This document shows, piece by piece, positions 32,758-43,325 of a stretch of 64,000 nucleotides of DNA. Each line of letters opens with the position of its first letter. Position 1 is the first letter of the stretch. Made by a program: the position numbers and the translations under genes. The stretch comes from Trypanosoma brucei (Eukaryota): the NCBI GenBank assembly GCA_000002445.1, contig CP000070.1, positions 1,376,001 to 1,440,000 on the forward strand, in the 5' to 3' direction. The notes beneath the pieces are model-generated. The model was not told the DNA's origin and did not search any database. It saw nothing but the letters and a program-made list of their open reading frames with translations.

Positions 32758-32837
32758 CAGACGTGACATTCCCTATGAATCTGGAATTTGTTTCGGGTGC
32801 GTCGGCGATGCGTTACAACAGCACGATACTGGCGCCG

Positions 32838-32847
32838 TACGTGTGTA

Positions 32848-32886
<39 letters not shown>
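32838..32886. repeat. (TG)n microsatellite, about 24 units, in the 3' intergenic region
   Basis: Direct inspection. Confidence 0.9.
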
Positions 32887-32890
<4 letters not shown>

Positions 32891-33809
32891 GCGTGCTAAG
32901 GGGAGCACTGCGAAACTTTGTTCGGGGAATGGGCGGTGTGTTTGGTGGCTGCATTAAGAGACTAAGGTGGAAAAAGAAAGGGAGCAGGGTAAACAACTGG
33001 CCTCTCGGGTACGTTCTGTCAATAATACGTGTTGGCTGCAATTTATAGATATGCAATGCTAATGGCATTGAGGACGACAGGCCATAGAAATAGGGAGTAA
33101 TTTAGCACAAGGTGATAATTGCCTCGCTCACTTCCTGTACACATAGAGTTGGTATAATTCAAGGCAATTACAATATTTTAGGCACTGTGACGCCTTTTGA
33201 AAGAGAGGTGCTCTTACGTTTATGCTTTTGCAGGTGTGTGCCAGCTTTGATGTTCTAAGGAGACACCGCCATCCTGAACAAGGAGGGAAACACCGCAGAA
33301 GAGTTTCAGCACGGAGAGCGAAGTCGTGTTCACACTCCTCGCGCTTACCTTCTTTTCGGGGCACCGACTCGTGTTGTGACGTACCACGATTCGTTTCCTT
33401 TGCGTATTTTTTTTTTGCTATTAACACCAATTGATAATCTTCCTATATGCTTGTATGATTCAATTCATTGTGGGTTGGATAGCGCCGTTTTTGTTGCTGT
33501 GAACCGTGTGCACGTGACGGCCCATTTACGGGATGGCTGCGCATCGACAGTGTAATTCAAAACAAACTACACAAGTTTTTCTTTTCTTTTCTCCTGCTCT
33601 CTGCATTTAACCACTACGTAGGGTTCCCTAAGAACATTCTCCAGTAAAGTGTGCGAACGTTAACGGGAACTGAAGCACCACGGTGAGTCACACAACCGTC
33701 TCGAGGAGGGGGACAGAGGAAATCAAGGTGGAAAGGGGAAATAGGGTTGTTTGTGTGTGTGTGTGTGTGACATCTGCCGTGAAAGGAATTTTGCCTCACT
33801 GCAAGCCAA

Positions 33810-35798
33810 ATGATTCACGGCAATGCTGCGCCCATCAGCCGTGCGTTTACAATTCATTTCAAAGGGGAGCTGTTCCGTGCCCTAATCGACTGTCGCACGG
33901 CGCTCACGCTTCGTGATTTGATTGCCGTGGCTGTTCCGAATCCCTCCGGCTCTAACTCTTCCTCCACAACAACTGGGGATTTCTCAACTGATTGGGTTGA
34001 TAACTGCATTTGTGCCTTTGGTGGGCAGCGACTTTCCCTCGACACACTAACGGAGTCAGCGCCACTGGTATTGGATGTTTCGTGGTCGGAAAGCGCGCGG
34101 GGCGGAACCAGGAAAAGGATGAGACGCGACTTCATTTCTTTTAAGGAGGAGGATCGAAATCTTTTACCATGTAAAGTGTCGCAGGAAGAGATTGGTTACA
34201 GCGGTCGAAAGAGTGGAAGCAAAGAAATTAAGAACAATATTGACGATAAGTACAGCGTTTTTGATGCTAAAAGTGGTGTAGTGCTCTCCTTTGATTCAAG
34301 TAGTCGTTATGGTGTCGAAGGGAAGTTTAGCGCAGATGATAATAACAGTAATGATAATAGCTGCAGCAGCGATGATGGAGAGGATGATGACTGCATTAAC
34401 AGTGAGGGTCGCACCCCTTGCGAAGATTATGACGACCGCCAGTACGAGGCTATTTTGCCAGTTGTTGTGGGTGGGGTTGTGAGGTTGGTAAACATGGAAA
34501 GCCGTGACAAGAGTCACGAGTGGACTGTGTATGTACGGGGTTTGTTTAATGAGTCGAAGTACCTTGCTGACTGCATTGAGTCTGTTCGTTTTTTCCTCGA
34601 TGCATCTTTCACCCCATCAGAACGCCTGGTGACGTCTCCCCCGTTCGAGTTAACTGAAGTCGGCTGGGGAGAGTTCATCGTCAAGGTTTCAATACAACTG
34701 CGGCATTACCCGCGTCCAATTCAGATTGATTTATCATCCTCGAGCGCTTCACCTGTAACATCTGGGGTTGTGAAGTCACCGTCGCTCCTGCCACTGTTAC
34801 CGACTTCTGCTGAAACCCTGTCCGATGTGAAGGTGGCATCCGCAATTTTGTCACCATCGACGGCCGATGGTCCTTTGATTGGGTTAACAAATGGTCCCGC
34901 TTTGTCCCCTTTGATTAGTGTGCTCAGTCGGCATCATTACCATGGTTGTGCCAGTGATAGTGTTGGCCACACGATAGTAAAGAAAGAGGAGGAGGAGGAG
35001 GGTGATGATCAATGCACAAAATGCGACGCAAAGAGAAATGTGTTTGGCAGCACGGAGAAAGCTGAGGAAGCCGGAAGGCGTGCCCAGAATAACAATTGTG
35101 TCAATGTTTTGTTCAATCCAAATGCCTCTGTCTCGTCGGATGTTGAAACACTGGGAACGTGCTCTGGTGTTGTGGTCCTCTCGCACCTGCTGCGGTTTTC
35201 ACACCGTGTGAAACGCCTTCATTGTATTCCCCCCCTGGGACGGCCGTACGAGCCGGAGGAGCACGTGGGATATACGCTTGTTCAACATCCTGTTGTGACG
35301 GAACACTATGATGAGATTGTCATTCCAGACGCCCCGCTGGAGATTAAAAAGGCACTTGCATCACTTCCTGAGTTGCTTCAGAATCGTGTTTCTTCCGTGA
35401 AAGGGGTGCGAGCACCCACGACTCAGCAGCAGGGTAACCATCGTGGCAGCACTACTCTCCACCGAGATGCAGTTGCCAGCATCTACGCTGAGGACGGAGT
35501 TTCATGCTGGAAATACATCAAACATGAGGAGTTGGATGATATTGCACTAGCAGAAGCGTATTTGGATAACCTCAGCACATGCCCTAAATCATTTTTCCAC
35601 GTAGATTCTCATGTTGTTGAGGCGAATCAGCCACTAGCACTGCCTCGACCTGGGCGCGGCAGGAGAAAGTTAATGGGGGCAGAAATTGACCTCGCGGCTC
35701 TAAGAGCAGCGAAGAAAGGGTTAACAGATGCCATTGGGCGGATGCGGCGTGAGGCGGTGTTGCGGCAGGCGGCTCATATCTACCAGCAGTACACATAA
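33810..35798 (+). CDS. YEATS-domain protein (chromatin acyl-lysine reader family)
   Basis: ATG at 33810. YEATS core HEWTVYVRG...VRFFLDASF...VTSPPFELTEVGWGEFIVKVSIQL matches GAS41/Yaf9 (H.WTVYV...F.LH.SF...PPYEI.E.GWGEF). An acidic/Ser-rich insertion precedes the domain. Confidence 0.8.
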   Translation: MIHGNAAPISRAFTIHFKGELFRALIDCRTALTLRDLIAVAVPNPSGSNSSSTTTGDFSTDWVDNCICAFGGQRLSLDTLTESAPLVLDVSWSESARGGTRKRMRRDFISFKEEDRNLLPCKVSQEEIGYSGRKSGSKEIKNNIDDKYSVFDAKSGVVLSFDSSSRYGVEGKFSADDNNSNDNSCSSDDGEDDDCINSEGRTPCEDYDDRQYEAILPVVVGGVVRLVNMESRDKSHEWTVYVRGLFNESKYLADCIESVRFFLDASFTPSERLVTSPPFELTEVGWGEFIVKVSIQLRHYPRPIQIDLSSSSASPVTSGVVKSPSLLPLLPTSAETLSDVKVASAILSPSTADGPLIGLTNGPALSPLISVLSRHHYHGCASDSVGHTIVKKEEEEEGDDQCTKCDAKRNVFGSTEKAEEAGRRAQNNNCVNVLFNPNASVSSDVETLGTCSGVVVLSHLLRFSHRVKRLHCIPPLGRPYEPEEHVGYTLVQHPVVTEHYDEIVIPDAPLEIKKALASLPELLQNRVSSVKGVRAPTTQQQGNHRGSTTLHRDAVASIYAEDGVSCWKYIKHEELDDIALAEAYLDNLSTCPKSFFHVDSHVVEANQPLALPRPGRGRRKLMGAEIDLAALRAAKKGLTDAIGRMRREAVLRQAAHIYQQYT

Positions 35799-37044
35799 AC
35801 GGATAAAGTTGGCACTAACTGTTAGCTTTTACAGTATCTGACGTGTTGCTCTTATACGGTTCAATATTGAGCTAAGTTTTCATTCAGCATAACTTTTGTT
35901 GTTGTTGTTAACCTCCCTCCGTTGCCAAATCAGCGAAGATATTTATATTTTTAGCTCGTCCATCTTCCAGCCGATTAAATAAACCTGAGGAACGGGCAGG
36001 CGTTTGTGAGCGGGAGTATGCGCGAGGAGTGAAGTGAGGCGGCTTTTGGGAGGAAGTGGAGAGTTTGGGTTTGTCTTTGTGGAGGTGCGTGACTATTTTT
36101 ATGGGACTTGGGAGTTGAGTGGGAAAGGCGAGTGAACATTTGCCGCTGTGCAGTCGGTTCGCTTAGTTGTGGCGCTTGTTTTTATATCTTGGATGCTCTT
36201 TCTTTGGTTAGTGTTGTCTCACAACAACAGAGAACTTGGGGGGGGGGAATGCAATTTCCTTTTCTTCATTTTTTTTCCGAGCCCTTACATCAGTGAACCC
36301 TTCGCGTACACTTGAAAGCATAGGTCCACGGACGTTTGTTTTTGGAGCAATTATCGCTAATGTTCATGGATGTGTGCGACGGTCAGGAAAGTGTCCTCAC
36401 AAACTTTTACATGTTTTTTTTCTTTTTGTCACCTTTTAAAATGTTTAAAGCCCTTCCATCCCTTTTTGTCCCTTTCCCCCCATCGCACGTCTTTTTAAAA
36501 AAGCTGACTCACCAGCGCTGGGGTGTCTAACGCACCAGTTACTTAGTTGCATATCAAGGGGACAAAGAGCATAAACAGAAAAGTAAAAGGCAAATTGACA
36601 GATACATAGAAACACGCAAAAGTACGTATATATATATATATATACTCGTCCACATAGATTTATTCACTGTGTGCCCAACGGCGAAGCAGTGGCAAAACTG
36701 AAGAGCAACAAACAGGTTTGATTTATTTGAAAGTTCTTTGAGGGACTATATCTCTCCTCTTTTTTTTACAAAAAGGAAAAAGAGATACTCACACGGAGAG
36801 GATAATTTGCGTTTTATCGAGGCGCAGTTGTTTTTGTTGTTAATTTCTTTTTTCCATCGCTGCACGGAAGGGGGGGGCAGCAAAACACACATAGACGTAG
36901 ATATACATATATAAACACGTTTACGTGCACACATAGATACGAATATATACATATATATATATACATATAGAGAGAGAGAGTTTCATACGCATTTCTTACG
37001 TAACAAAGGCGGAAACCAAAGCACACCAAAAAAAAAAAAAGAGG

Positions 37045-39285
37045 ATGGAAACACAGGTACCTCAGAATGTTATGGAGGATGCCATTGCGGTGTGGAACCG
37101 TTTGCAATGTTGGGGAAACGCTAGCAACTATCTTCTGGCGTTGAATAACCCGTGCATGCAGCACCAAAAGCATGGCGTAACAAAATGGGATCCCTACTCG
37201 ATACGTCTTGCAAGGCGCGTCGTTGCGGTGGTGGAGCGGCTTGACAACCACAGAGAGAAGTCTCTGGGGTTAGGCGCCACACCACGTGAAAAGTTACTGG
37301 CACTGGCTGAAGTTGTGCGGTTGTGTTTGGAATCGTTTGACCCTCTGGGAACTCCGTTGGTGCAGGGGGCAGCATTTCCCTTCAAAACACCGTCATCATT
37401 CCTCTCGCCATCGCCTCCCGTTGAGTGGGAAAGAGCTGTTGATAAGCGAGTTGTGAGTGGTACCATGATCATGGAGGGGCTACACATCCTCACTTATCCC
37501 AGTGTGCAACTGAGAATTGAAGCAAGTGTTGAGCAACTGCTGCAACACATTATGGAAGAGTTTAACGGTGGAAGCAAAAGGACGATGAGACACTCACCGG
37601 AGGAGTTGCGAGCGCTACGAGCAACCACCATGCTTCTGGAGGATTTCGATGCTTTGTATAAGCGTATTGTATGCGTGTTTCCGTGTGTTCGAATGATGGG
37701 ATCGCCGCATATTCCTGTTGCTCTGTTACCTATCGTAATTAAATTGTACTACAAAATGGCAGAATGGGTGCGAGACGCAGAGGTCACTGGGGAATTGAAC
37801 AGCTTCGCTCAGATAACGGTATTCAAGAAGAAGAAGTTGTTCGTGAAGATGCGTCGGGGGGATAAGAATGTACCTTGGGGACTGCAGTTTAATGATGAGG
37901 GAAGAGTGGTACAAGTCAACCCATCTGTGCGTTCCGGTTCCCACGCCGCTGAGGTGTTGCATGGTTTGACACAATTCTTCAAGAAGGGTTTGTCGATAGT
38001 TGAACTGAATTCACAACCGGTTAGCTTTGCAAATTTGACTGCAAAGCAGGCGACAGACAAGCTTCACTTTTGGACAATTGATGATTCTCGTCTGTCCCTT
38101 ACAATGCAAGACGACCACACGACTCCTCCTTTACTTGAGCAACTCGCCTTTTTTGTGGTGCCAGGCGCTAAAAAACAGTGTGGAACACTACGTGATGGAG
38201 ATGATACGTGTGCGACGCTCGTCCTCCATAGGGAACTCTGCGGAATATCATGGGACATCCGCCTCACCTCGGAGCTGTGTGTAGTGGATGTACCCACCAG
38301 CATTCTCTCTAAGGAGGCGGCAACTTTCTTCAAAACTCACCACAAGCAGCTGCGCATTGGGGCTATAAATGGTGTTAAAGTGACGAGAGCGTATCAAGTA
38401 GAAGCACTGAGTCAGTTCGTCAACACGATCGTGATTGATTTTTACAAAGTCCCACCCCCAGAGACGGTACCTGCACAAGTAAAACCGAAACGGGTCCCTG
38501 CCCTGAAGAGTGATACGAAAAATACACCCTCTCAACATACCTCTGTGGTTGTGACTGCTACTGCAGTAGCTGCTCCAGAAACCGTGAAGCGCATTGCGAA
38601 CGATGGCAAGGAGCAGCAACTGAGGGAGGTGCAAACATCAAAAAAGAAGATTGAAGATTCATCTCCACTTGATAAGGCAGGCGGTAAATCCAACAGTACA
38701 ACTGCTATTGTCCATGCAAAGGAGGCACCACTCGTACTGGTTTCCACCGTGGCTGAGAAATTGAGGAGTATCGCGAGAGCAGGAAGCATTCCGGGGAAAA
38801 ATGGTGCCAACGGTTTTTTGGAGGATGCTGAAAGAAGAGCAGTAAGCAAGAACGATGAGTACCGCTCTGCAACGAAACAAAATGAGGTGCGAGGCAACCT
38901 TGACGGTGATGTGACGACTTCTCTTACAGACACAGTGATGGTGTTGGATATGGATGGCGCGGAGCCACTTACTTTCCCCAACAATGTTACAATAAATATG
39001 TTGACACCTGAGGAGATGGTGGTGCAGCGACCATCATGCGAAAAGAAGTGGGGATTCTCCCTTGAAACGGAAGGAATGTACCCTAAAAAGACCATTCACA
39101 TGTCTGGACTTCCGCGTATGCTGGATGAACAATGGCATCACCCGTTCAGCAAACTGTTTCGTTCACGTAAAGGTGAATGGCGCATTGCTAGTGTGAACGG
39201 GACCCCGGCGTCACAGTTGCCCGAAGTAATTGACGTAATGAAACATGCTTTGAAGATGCAAATTAAGTTCATTAGACGATGGTAG
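37045..39285 (+). CDS. Hypothetical protein with three putative PDZ-like modules
   Basis: ATG at 37045, immediately after an A13 run. Three segments with PDZ-like patterns: WGLQFNDEGRVVQVNPSV...GLSIVELNSQPV, ISWDIRLTSELCVVDV...LRIGAINGVKV, and WGFSLETEGMY...EWRIASVNGTP. This is pattern recognition only. Confidence 0.55.
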   Translation: METQVPQNVMEDAIAVWNRLQCWGNASNYLLALNNPCMQHQKHGVTKWDPYSIRLARRVVAVVERLDNHREKSLGLGATPREKLLALAEVVRLCLESFDPLGTPLVQGAAFPFKTPSSFLSPSPPVEWERAVDKRVVSGTMIMEGLHILTYPSVQLRIEASVEQLLQHIMEEFNGGSKRTMRHSPEELRALRATTMLLEDFDALYKRIVCVFPCVRMMGSPHIPVALLPIVIKLYYKMAEWVRDAEVTGELNSFAQITVFKKKKLFVKMRRGDKNVPWGLQFNDEGRVVQVNPSVRSGSHAAEVLHGLTQFFKKGLSIVELNSQPVSFANLTAKQATDKLHFWTIDDSRLSLTMQDDHTTPPLLEQLAFFVVPGAKKQCGTLRDGDDTCATLVLHRELCGISWDIRLTSELCVVDVPTSILSKEAATFFKTHHKQLRIGAINGVKVTRAYQVEALSQFVNTIVIDFYKVPPPETVPAQVKPKRVPALKSDTKNTPSQHTSVVVTATAVAAPETVKRIANDGKEQQLREVQTSKKKIEDSSPLDKAGGKSNSTTAIVHAKEAPLVLVSTVAEKLRSIARAGSIPGKNGANGFLEDAERRAVSKNDEYRSATKQNEVRGNLDGDVTTSLTDTVMVLDMDGAEPLTFPNNVTINMLTPEEMVVQRPSCEKKWGFSLETEGMYPKKTIHMSGLPRMLDEQWHHPFSKLFRSRKGEWRIASVNGTPASQLPEVIDVMKHALKMQIKFIRRW

Positions 39286-39980
39286 CGTTTCTACCGGAGC
39301 AACCATTCTTCATCGTCGCATCCCTAAAAAGTTAACACAACTTTTTTTTCTTTGTCTACTGCGTTTGGGAGTGCGGGGCATCGAACTATCGAAAGCGGTA
39401 AAGGTATCAGGGAGGTCTAAGGAGCTCTTTTCCATTTCGTTTTTTACTGCTTTGCTGGATTTATTGTTCCTCCACGCCGTTTTGGAAATAAAGTGCAGTA
39501 AAAGAGGAGAGGCAGAAGCTTGTGTGTGTGGGGCCCCTAAAATGTGAGACATGTTTGAGCTTGTCCGTGCTCCCGTTATTATGAACAGAATATGCTTGAG
39601 CAGCGGTGTATGGGGATGGAAAATAGTGTGTGGAGCCCCCACTAATTTTGTGGGAATCGTTCGCAGTGGCGTATCCTCTTTTCCAGCTATCTTTTTTACT
39701 TGTTTTTAGTACATCTACGTGGTTAAGTGATATAACATGTACTGTCTCCCCCTTAATATCTTCTTCGTGAGTAACCCCGCGGTTCTCACATATGACTTTT
39801 CGTGTATATCTCCTTCACCTCCCCTCTTCTTTGTTGATGATGCATCATGCGTGAGATACATATATATATTGGTTGGTGGGGGAATAAAAGAAAAAGAGAG
39901 ACTGAAGTCACTACGATTGGATACATCAATAGTGTGAAGTGAGGGTAGTTTTACTCATATTACCTTTGAGTGCTCGTCGA

Positions 39981-42296
39981 ATGCCCATTTCGCCCTTGGC
40001 CTTAACGTGGGTGACCGCCCACTTGAAACGGCGAGGTTTGCCGTGTAATATTCCGGGTGTTACGGCGGCTGAAGTCTGTTCTGAAGAGGAACCGAAGCCG
40101 GCTGCCGAGCCACAACACGAGGCAAAACCTCTCTCGCCTGATGAGCTTCTTCAGGCGCTGGGTCATTGCTTCACTTCACAACCGCCCAAGAAGGAAATGA
40201 CTAGTAATCAAAATCTCGTAAAGAACCCTAATGGCTTAGCTGAACATGAAACATCTCTTAGTCCGCAGCACAGATCAACCCCACAACGTGTTGCATCTGG
40301 TATTGTTAAACTAGTGGAACAACATGAAGAGCGGTCAGCCGCCACCAAAGGTACCACACAGTCATTGTTGCTATTAAACACTGTTTTGACCGCATGTATG
40401 CGACACGCACTTCGTTATAGTCGGTTGGATGCCTCTAAAGGTGAAGATGTAACGGCTAGTGGAGGTGATGGGGCGAGTACAGTTTCACCTTCGCAACAAA
40501 TAGCGTTTCCCTGGTCAGCGGACAGGGCGGCGAATCACTTATTGCATGTGTTTAGTGACGATGCTGTGCAGAAACAACTGCGTACTAGATTGTGGAAAAT
40601 CGTATCGAAAGAACATAAACAAATTGTCGGGGATGCTACGAAGTTGTTTCGTAGCTTACCCATTGATGGTAGCGGCGCCATCAATTTTGGGGAAGGCACC
40701 AGTGTTGCGGAGGAGGAACTGAAGAGGATGTTTTACATTCCGGAAAGTACCGTTGTTGCTACCTACGACGCCATTCGGAAATTATACAACGCCGAGGAGC
40801 CTACTCTTATCCTCTCTGATGCGTGGTCGAGTGGTGTCAATGGCGGGGAAGTATCACTACTAAGTGAATGCCATTTCGTTTATGAAGTATCCTCCCAGCA
40901 CCTTGCTGACTTACTAATGCAGGAGGTGCGGGCAAATGCCATGAAAGAGGAAAAAACGAAGGCGGAGAACTGCGAAGATCTCGGAGCCGCTTTGCAGCAA
41001 CCATACTCAAAGTTTACTTCGCAATTTTGCACTCTTTTGATGGAAATGAGTCGGGTGCGGATGGCAGCGGCGGTTCTTATGCAGTTTGAGATCCTCGCGC
41101 GTCGAATCGCTCTTTTAGCTAAAGGACCAACGGTAAATCAACAACGAGGATCGTGTGATACCTTTGTTGATTTGGGTGTAGCAGTTGCAGCGCAAGAACT
41201 CTGCACGCTGGCCGTGACTTCATCATCACGAGTATTGGAAACTGCACTTCACAAAAAGCGTTTTACAACTCTATTCCGCGTTACAGTAGGCGAGTCGCCG
41301 TCTTTAACCTCTCGTGGCGATCAACGAAAAAGCTCTAATGATGAGCAGAACGGTGCTGTTGTTACCGGTCCACTGCCCACACTCGGCTCCGCTTTTGCGC
41401 TTCTTTCATTGGGATCACCAATTAAGAAGGTAGCAGCGGTGGAACGGGCGAAGGCAAGAGCTTCTTCAGAGGTTGCTCTTGCTGCCAATTCTACGGATGT
41501 TCTTGGCGATTCTGGAAGCTGTGAGCACAACAACTCTTCTGTTGGTCCTGGAGATCCGTCGGGCGTTAGGTCTGTGGATTGTGCGGCAACATACGGTGCG
41601 TTCATGCAAACCATTATGAAAGCCGCTGGTGCTACAAATAGCTGCGCTACACTGGATGGGAAGCGCTGCAAAGGCAAAGCAAGACACACCACAAGTACGG
41701 AAGGTGCCCCTTCTGGTACGAGTGGCGGAATTCAGCAGCATCGGAACGAGCAGACAGAGCCGAGTGCCACATGGAAGTTTCGGTGTTGCCGGATGCAACG
41801 CGATAATGTGTTGGACGCGCTGGAGGCGATTCCCTGCGCTGAGAAGGATGCAAAAGTGCAGTTACTTAGGTCGTCAACGGACATTCCATGGCCTTTCACA
41901 TTGGATGCAATACCTGCTGATGGTGGTAGAAGCAACCTTGATTGTGGGGGCGGTAACTGTGGAAGTTCGAATTCATCCACCCTCTTGCAGGCAACTAGTG
42001 GTTTCACATCCACTGTGACTGATATGACAGTGCGGATGAAATTTAACGAATCCTGGTTTCCCCCTACGGAGCGTATGCACACTTCTGCTTGTACTGCACA
42101 CGATGGCGGAGGGACGACAACAACTCATGGTACTGGTTTTACTCCCATGGACTTTCAGCACGCCTCACAACTGCAGCGCGTCCTGGCCTTCAACGATGGT
42201 CGTTTTTTATTTATGAATGGTTGTCCTGCGAGTAAAGTTAAACCTTTGAATCGCCTCGCGCGGGAGTCGCTGAAACTGGTGGTACGCTTTCGCTGA
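39981..42296 (+). CDS. Hypothetical protein
   Basis: The track start at 39939 is GTG, and the first ATG is at 39981 (MPISPLAL). 771 aa on the same strand with coding-like composition. No recognisable domain. Confidence 0.5.
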   Translation: MPISPLALTWVTAHLKRRGLPCNIPGVTAAEVCSEEEPKPAAEPQHEAKPLSPDELLQALGHCFTSQPPKKEMTSNQNLVKNPNGLAEHETSLSPQHRSTPQRVASGIVKLVEQHEERSAATKGTTQSLLLLNTVLTACMRHALRYSRLDASKGEDVTASGGDGASTVSPSQQIAFPWSADRAANHLLHVFSDDAVQKQLRTRLWKIVSKEHKQIVGDATKLFRSLPIDGSGAINFGEGTSVAEEELKRMFYIPESTVVATYDAIRKLYNAEEPTLILSDAWSSGVNGGEVSLLSECHFVYEVSSQHLADLLMQEVRANAMKEEKTKAENCEDLGAALQQPYSKFTSQFCTLLMEMSRVRMAAAVLMQFEILARRIALLAKGPTVNQQRGSCDTFVDLGVAVAAQELCTLAVTSSSRVLETALHKKRFTTLFRVTVGESPSLTSRGDQRKSSNDEQNGAVVTGPLPTLGSAFALLSLGSPIKKVAAVERAKARASSEVALAANSTDVLGDSGSCEHNNSSVGPGDPSGVRSVDCAATYGAFMQTIMKAAGATNSCATLDGKRCKGKARHTTSTEGAPSGTSGGIQQHRNEQTEPSATWKFRCCRMQRDNVLDALEAIPCAEKDAKVQLLRSSTDIPWPFTLDAIPADGGRSNLDCGGGNCGSSNSSTLLQATSGFTSTVTDMTVRMKFNESWFPPTERMHTSACTAHDGGGTTTTHGTGFTPMDFQHASQLQRVLAFNDGRFLFMNGCPASKVKPLNRLARESLKLVVRFR

Positions 42297-42602
42297 GAGT
42301 TACGGCGTAGTGACATGTGTGGGTGTGAATATTATTTTTTCTTTTGTGAGAAGAAAGGGCTGCCATTTGTGCTAGTCCCATTCTTCAATCAGAGAATTTT
42401 GATGGACGCATGCGTGTGTCGCCCTTCTTATTCCTTAGGGGTCCTCCCCTTCAATTTCCTCGGACGGGTTAAAATTGCGTTTCCCTCCCTCTTTCCCATC
42501 TTTTTTTCAGCTCTCCTTACGTTGCCCCTTCACATTCCACTTGCTGCCCTCGTTTTTATGCTCATCGCCGCCGCATTATCACTTTTTCACTTCCTTCTTT
42601 GA

Positions 42603-42633
<31 letters not shown>

Positions 42634-43325
42634 TGTGTGCTTTTGTTGCGCACCTGTAGTCTGAGAAAAGAGATCAAATCTTTTGAACAACAGAAGTTTT
42701 TAAAGAAATACAGCAGACAAGGGATTTATAGGTTTATAGCAAATAGGAAAAAGGAAAAACAAGTCGAGGCAAAACCTAAGGGAAGGGACGAAGGACTGAT
42801 AAGTGGAAACACAAAGAAGAGTAGTAGGAGCAAAACAAAGAACAGCAGAGGCAACAATTAGCCATCGAAGCCCAGTGGGTGAAGGTAACTGAAATAATCA
42901 AGGAAGGGATAGGGTAGGTAAGAGAGGGGGGAAAGCACAAAAAAGGAGAGAAAATAGAGAAGCGGGTGGTTAATTGCCTGCTTGTGTACACGTGTGTGTC
43001 AGACTAGCTGCAATCCTTTCGGTGGAAACAATTTGGAGAACAGGGCGAGATAAGTCTAGCGAAATATCTGTCTGTTACAGAAACTCAGCAAGGTAGTGGC
43101 AAGCGGAAGAGAAGAAGGGGAGGAAAGAAAAAGGAAGCAGCACCAGATATAAACGTCTACATATATATTAGACATACGTTATACGTGTTGACGGGAGGGT
43201 AAACAGGGAAGCGGAAGATAGTTATTCTCACCTGCAAGAACTAATATACCCATATTCATTTTGAGTGCAATTGTCACGCTTGAAACGAAAACAACTATAC
43301 ACATATACATCCTTAATCGCCAATC

